Below are positions 1 to 9,445 of a DNA stretch of 64,000 nucleotides, one piece after another (within the stretch, counting starts at the first letter, position 1; each line of letters begins with the position of its first letter). Location: NCBI GenBank assembly GCA_009781185.1, contig WQYP01000005.1, forward strand, positions 1 to 64,000, in the 5' to 3' direction. The position numbers and the translations under genes were made by a program. The notes beneath the pieces are model-generated. The model searched no databases, was not told the origin of the DNA, and was given only the letters and a program-made list of their open reading frames with translations. The DNA comes from Phycisphaerales bacterium (GTDB taxonomy: Bacteria > Planctomycetota > Phycisphaerae > WQYP01).

Positions 1-115
1 CCCCCCCCTCCCGATCCCCCCCCCAATTTCCCTCCCAATTCCCCTCCCCCCTCCCCTAACCTCATCCCTCCTTCCTCCCCCCCCCATCCTCCTCATCCTC
101 CCCTTCCTTCTCGTC
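1..115. repeat. C-rich, nearly G-free low-complexity tract (G-rich on the minus strand)
   Basis: Runs C8 (1-8), C9 (16-24) and C9 (77-85). Only one G in the first ~110 nt. Truncated by the window start. Confidence 0.9.
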
Positions 116-123
116 CTGCGTCG

Positions 124-870
124 TTGGCTGCTTTGGGCAATGCGATTCGTCGTCGGCGTGAGTCGCTGGAATTGACGCTGGATGCGATCTCGGCGGCCAC
201 GGGTATTTCCAAGCCGTATTTGTCGAATATCGAAACTGCGCGTGCTCCCGGGCCGGCGTCTGAAGAGAAACTGAGAAAAATTGCTTATGCTCTGCATTTG
301 CCTGCGGCTCAGCTTCTCGCTGCCGCAGATTGGCTGCGTACGCCGCCTTCTGTTCGGCGACTTCTGCACACCGCGCCACCCACGTCAAGTCGTCAAGTCG
401 TGGAGTCGGCTATTCCTTTGCGGTTGGTGCCATTGATCAATCGCGTGGTTGCAAGTTCGCCGGCGGAATTGACGGATCTCGATTATCCGGTCGGGATGAC
501 GGATGATTACATGGAGGTTCCTGATCTGCCTGATGTGCCGATCACAAATGCTTTTGCGCTGCGTATTACCGGGGATTCGATGGCGCCTGAGTACGCGGAA
601 GGCGATATCATCGTCCTGGGCTCCCCTACCGGTATCCATGGCAAAAATGCGATCCGCGACGGTGATGACTGCGTCGTCCGATTGGGCGATGAGGCGAATT
701 TTGCGACTACTTTCAAACGGGTTTACTTTGTGCCGGGGGCGGAAGAGAGGAGAGGGGCGATTCGGCTTGTGTCGCTGAATCCGGCGTATGCGGAGCGAGT
801 GGTGGCGTTTGAGCAGGTAACGGGGATTTATCCGCTGCAGTATCGGCTGGTGCCGCCTAGACGCGGTTGA
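124..870 (+). CDS. XRE-type HTH plus S24 (LexA-like) peptidase repressor
   Basis: 248 aa. N-terminal HTH 'LTLDAISAATGISKPYLSNIETA'. C-terminal S24 signature 'ITGDSMAPEY..GDIIVL...TFKRV'. TTG start. Confidence 0.8.
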   Translation: MAALGNAIRRRRESLELTLDAISAATGISKPYLSNIETARAPGPASEEKLRKIAYALHLPAAQLLAAADWLRTPPSVRRLLHTAPPTSSRQVVESAIPLRLVPLINRVVASSPAELTDLDYPVGMTDDYMEVPDLPDVPITNAFALRITGDSMAPEYAEGDIIVLGSPTGIHGKNAIRDGDDCVVRLGDEANFATTFKRVYFVPGAEERRGAIRLVSLNPAYAERVVAFEQVTGIYPLQYRLVPPRRG

Positions 871-884
871 TAGACCTGCTCCCA

Positions 885-915
885 GCGAACGGCAGGCAAG
901 CCTGCCGGCTAAATA
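885..915 (+). repeat. Conserved hairpin motif gagcggcaKgcaagcMtgccggctaaata (copy 1 of 4)
   Basis: 'gcgaacggcaggcaagcctgccggctaaata'. Stem cggcagg/cctgccg. Same motif at 8317, 14891 and 38982, all in plus orientation. Confidence 0.8.
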
Positions 916-995
916 AGAGTGTATGATATCACAAGACGTCCGAGCGCTCGCCTATCGGCTCGCGGCTAAACTTTTTCGGGGATAGACTACATCCA

Positions 996-1029
996 AGAAA
1001 AAGGCCGCGGCTCGGGATGAGCCGCGGCC
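996..1029 (-). terminator. Rho-independent terminator downstream of the PEP-CTERM gene
   Basis: 11 bp GC stem ggccgcggctc/gagccgcggcc (1003-1029), followed on the minus strand by TTTTTCTT. Confidence 0.7.
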
Positions 1030-1061
1030 TGGGATGTACTCCCCTCCAACGATGTCTCTCC

Positions 1062-2876
1062 TTATTTGCGTCGGCGTGCGATCAGGGCTGCGGTTCCCAA
1101 GCCTAAGAGCGACAGGGAGGCGGGTTCTGGGACTGCGGGGCCGATGGGACCGATGGAGCCGAGGTCGCCGGGGCCGATGCTGAGGATGAGGTCGTTTCCG
1201 CCGTAGAGTGAGCCGGTGGAGGCGTTGCCGGTGGCGGAGAGGACGTAGGTGATGTTGTTGAGCTCGAAGGTTCCGCCGTTGGCCAGATAGTCCGATGACA
1301 TGAGAGTGACCCAGTTGGAGCCGAAGAGGATGTCGGAGAACATGCCGGTGATGGCGGAGGAGCCGAGGTTGTCGATCAGGACGTAGTAGTCGGCATCGAG
1401 CGAACCGTGGAAGACCAGAGCGAGGATGCCGTCGAGAGTGACGTGTCCGCCGACGGTGAGCAAGTCGGAGCCGGCGCTGCCGATGTCCATGGTGAGGGTG
1501 GCGCCGTGTTCCTGGGTGTAGTTTCCTGCGATGTTGGCGTTCCAGACGCCGTAGTGGGGCGCTTGGTTGCTGGGTCCGCCGGGTGTGTAGGAGGCGCCGT
1601 TGCGAATCGTCAGGGAGCCTGCGAAGGAGGCTTCGCCGGTGAGTTTACCGGCCTTGATGTCGGTGAGTCCGGTGTAGGCCTGATTGCCATTGAGGGTGAG
1701 TGTGCCAGTGCCTGTTTTGGCGAAGCCGCCGGTACCGGTGAAGACATGGTTCAACCCGACCGAGGAGACATCGACTTGCATGGTCAGGGCCGGTCTGGAG
1801 CCGCTGTCGGTCAAGACGAGGGCCTTGAAGTCGCCGCCCAGGAACTCATCGATGCTCTTGAGTGGCTTGAGGATGCCGCCGTTGAAATAGAGTGAGAAGA
1901 CGGGAGTACCTCCGGTATAGGTGGCGATCCCATTTGCCACGATCATGCCACCGTTGCTGACGGTCAACTCGCCGCGTAAGGCGTTCAGTGAACCGTTAAG
2001 TGTCCAGGTGGATCCATCTCCGTCGATGATGGCGTTTCCGTAGGCGGCGGCCAGGACGTTGCCGATCGAGGTGGTTCCGCCGCTGATGAGAGTTCCGCCG
2101 GAGGTGATGTTGAGGAAACCAGGTCCGCTGGAGCCGACAGTGACGACATTATTTCCAGCGTCGACGGCTCCGCCGTGGCTGATGTTCAACTCGCCGTGGC
2201 CGTCGGTGTAGCAGCCAACGTTAATGGCGCCATTGGCGTTCCACTTGGAGCCGATGCCGTCGACGGTGAGAATGCCGGAGCTGGCGGCGCCAGCCGCGGC
2301 GATAGAGGCCGTTCCTGTGCTGTTGAAGGTGGAGCCTGAGAGGATGTTGAGGGTGCCGGAGGAGCCCATTGTTCCGCCGAGGTAGAATCCGTGGGTGGTG
2401 GTGAGTGTACTGCCGTTGGTGAGAGTGACGGTGCCGGTGGTAGCGCTACTGGCCGAGCCAATAGGGTCTCCGATGTAAAGCCAGCCGGCGTTTACGGTGG
2501 CGCCATCGTTGATGTCGAGTGTGGCCTGGCTGCCAAAGCTGCGTCCGACAAAGAGCGAGGAGCTGGAGTTCCAAACGGCGTTGCTGCCGGTGACGGTGAG
2601 CTTGCCGACGGCGCCTTTTCCGCCGCCGATGTTGGTGTCCTTGACGTTGACGGTGGTGATGCCGCCTTGATCGTTGAGGGTCATGGAGGTGTTTTGATTG
2701 TCAGTGGTGGTAATCCAGAGTTCAGTGGTGTTGTCCCAGGCGGAGGGGTCATTGGGGTAAATTTGAGCGGGATTGTCCATGATGACGGCCGCTTGCGTTG
2801 AGAGAGCGGTTGCCGCTACTACAGCCATGGCCATTGCGTTGATGGTGACGAACTTGGAAAATTTACGTGTAGTCAT
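1062..2876 (-). CDS. PEP-CTERM sorting-domain protein with Gly/Thr/Asn-rich beta-strand repeats
   Basis: C-terminus 'VPEPASLSLLGLGTAALIARRRK' (PEP motif, TM helix, basic tail). Signal-like 'MTTRKFSKFVTINAMAMAVVAATALS' starts at the ATG at 2876, which is preceded by aggaag. The ORF track start at 2930 is judged read-through. Confidence 0.8.
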   Translation of the reverse strand: MTTRKFSKFVTINAMAMAVVAATALSTQAAVIMDNPAQIYPNDPSAWDNTTELWITTTDNQNTSMTLNDQGGITTVNVKDTNIGGGKGAVGKLTVTGSNAVWNSSSSLFVGRSFGSQATLDINDGATVNAGWLYIGDPIGSASSATTGTVTLTNGSTLTTTHGFYLGGTMGSSGTLNILSGSTFNSTGTASIAAAGAASSGILTVDGIGSKWNANGAINVGCYTDGHGELNISHGGAVDAGNNVVTVGSSGPGFLNITSGGTLISGGTTSIGNVLAAAYGNAIIDGDGSTWTLNGSLNALRGELTVSNGGMIVANGIATYTGGTPVFSLYFNGGILKPLKSIDEFLGGDFKALVLTDSGSRPALTMQVDVSSVGLNHVFTGTGGFAKTGTGTLTLNGNQAYTGLTDIKAGKLTGEASFAGSLTIRNGASYTPGGPSNQAPHYGVWNANIAGNYTQEHGATLTMDIGSAGSDLLTVGGHVTLDGILALVFHGSLDADYYVLIDNLGSSAITGMFSDILFGSNWVTLMSSDYLANGGTFELNNITYVLSATGNASTGSLYGGNDLILSIGPGDLGSIGPIGPAVPEPASLSLLGLGTAALIARRRK

Positions 2877-3190
2877 CTCTACTTCCTCTTTTTTAAGATA
2901 CTGAAGAAAACTCCAAAGAACACTTGCCATTTTTGACCGGCTAGCAAACGTTGTTAATCGGTCGCCCGTGGCACAGGCTCTTTCTCTCCCTTCTGCGAGC
3001 GTACGGTCATGGCCGTATCTCGCCTACACGTGTTGAACTTTTTGCACCTCCATAAGTAAAAAGAACTGTTCGGTAGCGTATCCCGGCTAAAGCCGGTGCT
3101 ATATGTTTTTTGGGGGGTCGTTGGGGGTTAGAAGGCCGCGGCTCAGGGGGAGCCGCGGCCTTGCGTTGTTCGTCCGAACAACGTCTCTCC

Positions 3191-4516
3191 TTACTTCCGT
3201 CGGCGTACGATCATCGCCGCAGCTCCCAACCCCAGGAGTGTCAGGGAAGCGGGTTCGGGCACTGCGGGCCCCGGGCTACCCATCGGCTTGCCGCCGATGA
3301 CGAACCCGTCGTAGTAGGGGTACGGATTGCCGGTTTTGTCGAGGGTACTGCTGATGAAGCTCAGCGTGCCGTCGGCGTCATAGGTGTAAACTTCCGGCAC
3401 AAACTCGACCCACGCATTTTTGTTGGTATCGTGTTGCCAGAAGACCAGGCTCTCGATGTCCTGCCCCGTGCCGATGTCAAGAGTGAACATCGTCTTGGCG
3501 GCGACATAGTCACTGAACCACCATCCAGCCAAGGGTCCGTGATCGTCATCAATCAGCCAGGGTCCAGAGGCGAGCTGCGAGGCGGTCATGATGGTGAAGG
3601 TGGGCTGAATGATTGCCGGGCCGTTGCCCCATTGTGAGCTGACGATCAACTGTTTTCCGCTGACGGGATCTGTGACGATGGCGCGGTCGCCCCAGTGCCA
3701 GTCGCCGGTCTGGGCGCTGGTGTGATAGGTCACACCTGAGATGAGAGCGTGCGGCGTGGTGACGGTCAACTGATGTGTGCTTGTGTTCCAAGTGGCGCCG
3801 TAGATGTTGAGGGCACTGTCGCTGAGCGGCGTGGCCGTGGTCTTGATGGGCGTATAGGTACCGTTGGCGAGTTTGTCGTCGACCATGAGGTTGATGACGC
3901 CGTTGGCAAAGGTCTGAACCGTTCCGACCACGACCATGTTGTTGCCTGTGACCTTGATGCCGACGTGTCCCTCGGCGCCGACGGAGAGCTTGCTGGTCTC
4001 CATGGTGGCCCCGTCTGAGAGAGTAAGCATGGCCTTGCCTTCTGGCGGGTTGGGATATCCGCTGGAGCCGACAAACACGCCGTCGAGAAAGCCTGGGCCG
4101 CTGGTGATCAGTTTGGTTCCGGCGCCGCTGAAGCGAGCATCGGATTTATCAGCGATGTTGTCACAGGCGAGCGCCAGCTTTTTGACGTTCATGGTGGCGC
4201 CGTTTAACACGTGGAGCCAACTGTCGTTGTAGTTGAGGTCAAGCTCGTAGGTTGCGCCGTCCCACGAGGAGCCTGGGCCGGAGATGATGAGCGTGCCTTT
4301 GCCGGTGGTGGTGTTGCCCAGGATCACGTTGCCAGTGGGGCTGAAGGTGGAGCCGGCGTTGATTTCGAGGCGCCCGTTGCCTGTGTTGCCGATGTAGGAC
4401 GGCGAGACGTCGCCGGTGGAGATGATCGCGGCGCGTGACGAGAGGGCGGTGATGCCGAGCACTGCGAGGGCCATTGCGTTGATGGTGGAAAACGTGGAAA
4501 ACTTGCGAGAGGTCAT
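3191..4516 (-). CDS. PEP-CTERM sorting-domain protein (paralogous ends to 1062-2876)
   Basis: C-terminus 'VPEPASLTLLGLGAAAMIVRRRK'. N-terminus 'MTSRKFSTFSTINAMALAVLGITALSS' starts at the ATG at 4516, preceded by AGGAG. The 3' flank hairpin ggccgcggct/agccgcggcc (3134-3160) is homologous to the one at 1003-1029. Confidence 0.8.
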   Translation of the reverse strand: MTSRKFSTFSTINAMALAVLGITALSSRAAIISTGDVSPSYIGNTGNGRLEINAGSTFSPTGNVILGNTTTGKGTLIISGPGSSWDGATYELDLNYNDSWLHVLNGATMNVKKLALACDNIADKSDARFSGAGTKLITSGPGFLDGVFVGSSGYPNPPEGKAMLTLSDGATMETSKLSVGAEGHVGIKVTGNNMVVVGTVQTFANGVINLMVDDKLANGTYTPIKTTATPLSDSALNIYGATWNTSTHQLTVTTPHALISGVTYHTSAQTGDWHWGDRAIVTDPVSGKQLIVSSQWGNGPAIIQPTFTIMTASQLASGPWLIDDDHGPLAGWWFSDYVAAKTMFTLDIGTGQDIESLVFWQHDTNKNAWVEFVPEVYTYDADGTLSFISSTLDKTGNPYPYYDGFVIGGKPMGSPGPAVPEPASLTLLGLGAAAMIVRRRK

Positions 4517-4787
4517 GGTTTTTCTCCTGAAAAAAGAGACCTGGAACGTGGTGGCCACAATTGGTGATGGTTCTACTACCGAATAACAAACACTGTTACC
4601 CGGTCGCCCGTGGCCAGGACGCTCACTCTCCCGCAATTTTTTATTTTTAGTTTTCAGTTTTTGTGTGACGTGGTCATGTGCCGGCGTCTCACACACACAA
4701 GCGTCGAATGCGTCAAGTCTCCGCAACAAAACCGGCGAGGGATAGATTTTTTTTCAGGCCAACACATTTCGACGACTATTCAATTTT

Positions 4788-4818
4788 AAAAAATCCGCGG
4801 GCGTTTCAGCGCCGCGGA
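4788..4818 (-). terminator. Probable terminator downstream of the ECF sigma gene
   Basis: Stem tccgcgg/ccgcgga with a further 2 bp, followed on the minus strand by a T6 run (plus-strand A6 at 4788-4793). Confidence 0.5.
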
Positions 4819-5040
4819 CGTCAACGCGGCCTTAGCCTCGTTGCTCTCCCTCTTGTTTTGGGAAACGGCCACTGCCGCGATTTTCCGGCGGTACGTGGAA
4901 TCCACGCGAAGCGATATGTCATACGGTTATATGACTATATGCTGGGTTGCGTGTGCCTTATCATAGGCAGCGGTTCGGCTGAGTCAAAAATAAAGAGGGG
5001 AAAAATTAACTTTGGTGCTTCGCTCAATTGCAGGGGAAAT

Positions 5041-5140
5041 TTGGTGATCTGGTGAGTTGGTGATCTGGTGATTTGTGCTGTCGCATGGACGGAAGTACCA
5101 GCCGAGTGCTGAAGTCAAAATCACCAGATCACCAAATCAC
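5041..5140. repeat. Palindrome whose arms are tandem 'ggtgatct' units
   Basis: Left arm 'ttggtgatctggtgagttggtgatctggtgattt' (5041-5074). Right arm 'aaaatcaccagatcaccaaatcac' (5117-5140). Confidence 0.85.
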
Positions 5141-5176
5141 TCAATTGCTCTCTTCTCCGCAATTGGGCGATGAACC

Positions 5177-5791
5177 TTAACTTTTGGGAGTGGCCATTCT
5201 TCTTTCGACGGCGTAATTCCATAGTCGGGTTTTGAGGCTCTGGCAGGCGCGGAATACGCGGCTCTTGACGGTGCCCTCCTGCACGCCGAGGACTTCGGCG
5301 GCCTCCTTGTAGGGCAATTCGCCAATGACCACCATGACAAATGCTTCACGATAGATGTCGGGCAATTGCAGCATCGCTTCGCGGATGTCGTCGTCGACCA
5401 ACAGGTCGAGGACGGACATGAACTTGGCCGGATCGATCGCCAGATCGGTCCGCTCGGGACTTGCGAAGATGTCCGGCGGCAATTGTTCGTGTGCGCCGCC
5501 ACGGGCCTGCACGTGGCGAGATGAATCGATATATACAGATCGCAGGATAGTCAGGAGCCAAGCCTTGATATTGGTGCCGAGGCGATATTGTTCGACGGAA
5601 CGGAACGCACGGAGATAGGTTTCCTGGACCAGGTCTTCGGCGCGGGATTCTTCGCCGACCATTCGGCGGGCGACGGCGAAGACCAGGTCCATCAATGGCA
5701 GGGCTTCGTGCTCGAGTTGGTGGCGTTTTTCTCCCGGCGACATCGCCGGGGGCGAAGAAGACAGTGGCGGATTGGAGGGATCGACAGCCAT
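5177..5791 (-). CDS. ECF-subfamily sigma-70 factor
   Basis: Region 2 'DLVQETYLRAFRSVEQYRLGTNIKAWLLTILRSVYID'. Region 4 HTH 'LPYKEAAEVLGVQEGTVKSRVFRA'. Confidence 0.9.
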   Translation of the reverse strand: MAVDPSNPPLSSSPPAMSPGEKRHQLEHEALPLMDLVFAVARRMVGEESRAEDLVQETYLRAFRSVEQYRLGTNIKAWLLTILRSVYIDSSRHVQARGGAHEQLPPDIFASPERTDLAIDPAKFMSVLDLLVDDDIREAMLQLPDIYREAFVMVVIGELPYKEAAEVLGVQEGTVKSRVFRACQSLKTRLWNYAVERRMATPKS

Positions 5792-5956
5792 GGCGTCCCC
5801 GTGAAGTCAACTGGTGCAACAACAGATGTTTCCCACTACGTGATACGCGTCAGCGAGCGCGATACCCGCACTCCGCATCCAAAGAGGCGGGCAATGTATC
5901 GTCCAGAATCACGATAGGTCGCTTGGGTCCTCATGCAAGCTCGACACAAGCGGGTG

Positions 5957-6110
5957 TTGAAATTCGAAGTTCGAAGTTCGACATTCGAAGCAAATTCCAA
6001 TGTTCAAAATTCGAAACACCGCCTACACCATCCCCGTGCCCACAAGCTGTTTTGAGCTTTGAATTTCGAGCTTTTTTTCGAATTTCGAGTTTCGGATTTC
6101 GAATTTTTCG
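5957..6110. repeat. 'ttcgaa'-unit palindromic element (copy 1)
   Basis: Arms are tandem aattcgaag/tttcgaattt units around the core 'cgaaacaccgcctacaccatcc'. An inverted homologous copy lies at 51241-51400. Confidence 0.85.
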
Positions 6111-6114
6111 CGGG

Positions 6115-7335
6115 TTATTTTGAGGTGATGTCGAGGCAGACGAGGTCTTGGGTGCCTTTGATGTAGAGGCGGCCGCGGTAGACGAGAGGGGAGGCGAGGA
6201 TTTCGTTTTTTTCGTCCTGGAAGAGTTTGAATTTGCTGATGAGGGTGCATTTTTGGGGGGTGACCTGTGCGAGGATGAGTTCGCCGGAGCGGGAGAGAAG
6301 GATCATTTTGTCGTCGTAGCGGACGTATTGTCCGCCGCTGGCGAGGGGGAGGTCGGTTTTCCAGAGTTCTTTGCCGTCGGGCCAGTGGAGGCAGTAGAGG
6401 GCGTTGCCGTCGGGAGCGTAGAGGCAATCGCCTTCGAGCAGCGGTGTGACGATGTAGTTGGAGGGGGATTTCTTTTCCCAGAGGCATTCGGGGGAGCTGT
6501 CGGATTTGCCGTCGACGGTGAACATGGCGGAGCCTTCGCCGTAACTGCCGGAGAGGAGGAGGTGGCCGTTGGAATAGATGGGTGCGACACCGGAGCTGTA
6601 GCTTTTTTTGGGGGGAATTTTCCAGAGGGTTTTGCCGGTGTTGGGGTCGAGGGCGAAGAGTCCGTTGCGGGTGTAGGTGAGGAGCTGTGTTTGGTTGTTG
6701 ATGGTGGTGGGGAGGACGCGGGAGTAGGAGCAGGTGCCGGTTTCTTCGGACTGCCAGGCGATTTTGTGTGTGTCGCGGTTGATGGCGACGACGAGAGGGC
6801 CGTTGTCGCCGGTTTGGAGTAGTAGCAGGTTGCTGAAGAGGGTGGGGGAACTGCAGCAACCCCAGCTTGGCAGGGCGGCGGAGGTTTCGCTGAGGATGTC
6901 GAGGGTCCAGCGTTCTCTGCCGTCGATGAGGTCGCGGCAGATGAGGTCGCCTTTTCCGCCAAAGGTGTAGATGTATTCGTCGTCGACGGTGGGGGTGGCG
7001 CGAGGGCCGGGCATGGAGCCGGGGTAGGTGGATTCGCTGAACTCGGTCCAGAAAAGGCGTCCCTCGTCGGCGTCGATGCAGGTGAGAGCGTCTTTGTCGT
7101 CGAGAGAGGCGAAGCAGTAGATTTTGCCATCGACGGCGATGGGGCTGGCGAAGCCGGCGCCGACTTTTTGGCGCCAGAGTTCTTTTGGGCCGGAGTCGGG
7201 CCAGGAGTTGAGGAGTTTTTTTTCGTGGGAGGTGAAGTTGCCGGTGGGGCCGCCGTACTGGGTCCATTCCGTGTCGATCGCGAGTAGCGGCAGCGGCAGG
7301 AGCAGGACGAGCAGGCAGAGCAGGCGGCAAGTCAT
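6115..7335 (-). CDS. PQQ-like / BamB-like beta-propeller repeat protein, secreted
   Basis: Signal peptide 'MTCRLLCLLVLLLPLPLLA' from the ATG at 7335, with a gggag RBS. Repeated '..G.lyal/D..tGk.lW' beta-propeller blades. Confidence 0.7.
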   Translation of the reverse strand: MTCRLLCLLVLLLPLPLLAIDTEWTQYGGPTGNFTSHEKKLLNSWPDSGPKELWRQKVGAGFASPIAVDGKIYCFASLDDKDALTCIDADEGRLFWTEFSESTYPGSMPGPRATPTVDDEYIYTFGGKGDLICRDLIDGRERWTLDILSETSAALPSWGCCSSPTLFSNLLLLQTGDNGPLVVAINRDTHKIAWQSEETGTCSYSRVLPTTINNQTQLLTYTRNGLFALDPNTGKTLWKIPPKKSYSSGVAPIYSNGHLLLSGSYGEGSAMFTVDGKSDSSPECLWEKKSPSNYIVTPLLEGDCLYAPDGNALYCLHWPDGKELWKTDLPLASGGQYVRYDDKMILLSRSGELILAQVTPQKCTLISKFKLFQDEKNEILASPLVYRGRLYIKGTQDLVCLDITSK

Positions 7336-7351
7336 GGGAACTCCCGAAAAT

Positions 7352-7550
7352 ATCAGAGCAGTCATCGTAAGATTGCGGTTACGATAACGCAATCTTACGA
7401 TGGTGGGTGCGATTGCGGTGGGTGCGTGATACCTGTTGCGTTGATCTTCGATCAACGGCTAAACTGCCTCTCCCTAAAAAGCCCCGCATTGCCATGCGGG
7501 GCTCCACCCCGCAAAGCGGGGTCGCTACTTTGGTTTGCATTTCGTGTCAC
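7352..7550 (+). repeat. ~200 bp multi-hairpin composite repeat (family D, copy 1)
   Basis: 'atcagagcagtcatcgtaagattgcgg...gttgatcttcgatcaacggctaaac...agccccgcattgccatgcggggct..caccccgcaaagcggggtcgctac..tgcatttcgtgtcac'. Confidence 0.85.
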
Positions 7551-7599
7551 GCCCCCGATTGCGATGCGGCTTTATCTTGTGCACAGGGACTGATAGGAA

Positions 7600-8301
7600 T
7601 TGATGATGTCTGATACGCGATTGCATTCTCTGACTGCGATTCCTTTTGCCTATGAGGAGTCGGCGCTGCTGGGGAAGCTGCGGTTGACGGCTGGTACGGC
7701 GGATGCGGAGGAATTTTTGGCTCTTCTGCGGCGGGCGGCGGCGGTTGCTCGGCCCAAGGCGCTCCTGAAGGAATGCTTCGTGGAGGCCCGTACGGACGAA
7801 ACTGTCACGATTGAGGGCATCACGTTCACCTCGCGCACCTTGACGGCTAATCTGGCCTCGGTGCATCGTGTGTTCGCTTACGTGGCGACCTGCGGGCATG
7901 AACTCGATGAGCTGCCGTGGGAAGATCCGGATGATCCGTTGATTCAATTCTGGCGAGATGAAATCAAGGCTGCGGCGCTTCGCAGTGCCCGGCAGCATCT
8001 TGACGGGCTGTTCCAACAATTGATGCCCGGCAAGTCGGCGAGCATGAGTCCAGGTTCCGGGGATGCACGACTTTGGCCGATCACACAGCAGGTGCCGCTG
8101 TTTCGGCTTCTGGGTGACGTTTCGGGGCTTATTGGTGCGCGGCTGACGGAATCGCTGCTGATGCTGCCGAATAAGACGGTTTCCGGGCTGCGGTTTCTGA
8201 CGGCTTCTGATTTTCGGTCGTGTCAGCTCTGTCGGCGGGAGGCTTGTCCAAATCGCTCGGCGCCGCTGGATGAAGCTCGCTATGCGGCTCTGATGCGTTG
8301 A
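7600..8301 (+). CDS. Methionine synthase (MetH) activation-domain-like protein
   Basis: 233 aa. 'MSPGSGDARLWPITQQVPLFRLLGD..IGARLTESLLMLPNKTVSGL' matches my recollection of the SPGYGDW...Q...P.KSVS pattern of B12-dependent MetH activation-domain proteins. C-terminal 'CQLCRREACPNR'. Confidence 0.5.
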   Translation: MMMSDTRLHSLTAIPFAYEESALLGKLRLTAGTADAEEFLALLRRAAAVARPKALLKECFVEARTDETVTIEGITFTSRTLTANLASVHRVFAYVATCGHELDELPWEDPDDPLIQFWRDEIKAAALRSARQHLDGLFQQLMPGKSASMSPGSGDARLWPITQQVPLFRLLGDVSGLIGARLTESLLMLPNKTVSGLRFLTASDFRSCQLCRREACPNRSAPLDEARYAALMR

Positions 8302-8316
8302 ACAAGCGGCTCCCTA

Positions 8317-8345
8317 CGAGCGGCAGGCAAGCCTGCCGGCTAAAT
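8317..8345 (+). repeat. Hairpin motif gagcggcaKgcaagcMtgccggctaaata (copy 2)
   Basis: 'gagcggcaggcaagcctgccggctaaata', lying between convergent genes. Confidence 0.8.
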
Positions 8346-8359
8346 AAGGCTGTGAAAGC

Positions 8360-9199
8360 TTATTTTTCTGGTTCGAATTGGAAGGCGTCGGCGTTTTTTT
8401 TGATTTTGCCGATGCCGGGAAAGGGGAGATGGGCGGCGGCGAATCGCCAGCCTTCGTCGGCGGCGCGGTTCAAAATGGAACGGCGTGATTCGATGGCCTT
8501 GGCGGGGTCACGGTCAAATTTGGCGTTGATTTCCGGATGCGGGAACTGGATGGTGCCGCTGTGGAGGATATCGCCTGCGGCGAAGATTTTGTCGCCTTTG
8601 GAAGTGATCAAGAAGCCGGTGTGGCCGGGGGTGTGGCCGGGGATGGCGATAGCTTTGATTTCCGGGATCACGATGTCGGTTTTTTCGTCGGCGACGATCG
8701 GGTTGGGCTCGCCGTAAACACTGATGGCTTTCTCGTACTGGGCCTTGTTGGAGGACTTCCAGAAATCGAGTTCCTTGGGATTGATCCAGATTTTGGCGTT
8801 AGGGAAGTTTGGTTTGTCGCCGGCGAGGAGGCCGCCGGTGTGGTCGTGGTGGGTGTGCGTGAGGAGGACGGCATCGACGGAGGCGGGATCAATGCCGGCG
8901 GCTTTGAGGTTTTCGAGCATTTTTCGGCCCATGCCAGTATCGATCAGGATGGTGTGGCCGTTGCCTTTGACGACGAAGGCGCTGCAACTGTTGGGTGTTT
9001 TTCCGCTGGGGGCAAGCTTGTGCAAGAGGTCGGCGTCCGCGGCGAAGGTGGTATTGTCGAATTCGCCGCCGGCGTCCTGGACGCAGATGAAGTCGAGGTC
9101 TCCGACCTTGGTCTTTGCAAAACCTTCGGCCCGGACGGACTGACCGGCACACAAGACCAGCAGCAAACAGAACAATAAAATGACGGAGGAATGCATCAT
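8360..9199 (-). CDS. MBL-fold metallo-hydrolase, secreted
   Basis: 'LLTHTHHDHTGG' (HxHxDH motif). Signal peptide 'MMHSSVILLFCLLLVLCAGQSVRA'. Confidence 0.85.
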   Translation of the reverse strand: MMHSSVILLFCLLLVLCAGQSVRAEGFAKTKVGDLDFICVQDAGGEFDNTTFAADADLLHKLAPSGKTPNSCSAFVVKGNGHTILIDTGMGRKMLENLKAAGIDPASVDAVLLTHTHHDHTGGLLAGDKPNFPNAKIWINPKELDFWKSSNKAQYEKAISVYGEPNPIVADEKTDIVIPEIKAIAIPGHTPGHTGFLITSKGDKIFAAGDILHSGTIQFPHPEINAKFDRDPAKAIESRRSILNRAADEGWRFAAAHLPFPGIGKIKKNADAFQFEPEK

Positions 9200-9229
9200 T
9201 GTCTCCTTTCACGTTGACACCGGCGAATT

Positions 9230-9445
9230 ATCAGAGACGTCATCGTAAGAGCACGCTGTCATAATCGCAATCGGGTGCGTGATATGTTTTGCGGGCCTGC
9301 CCCTTCTTATATCGTATCCAAGGCGAGCGAGCGTTGATCTTCGATCAACGGCTAAACTCTCAATTGTCCGCCAAAGCTCCGCATTACCATGCGGGGCTCC
9401 ACCCCGCAAAGCGGGGTCGCTACTTTGGTTTGCATTTCGGGTCAC
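9230..9445 (+). repeat. Family D composite repeat (copy 2)
   Basis: Same module order and orientation as 7352-7550. Confidence 0.85.
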
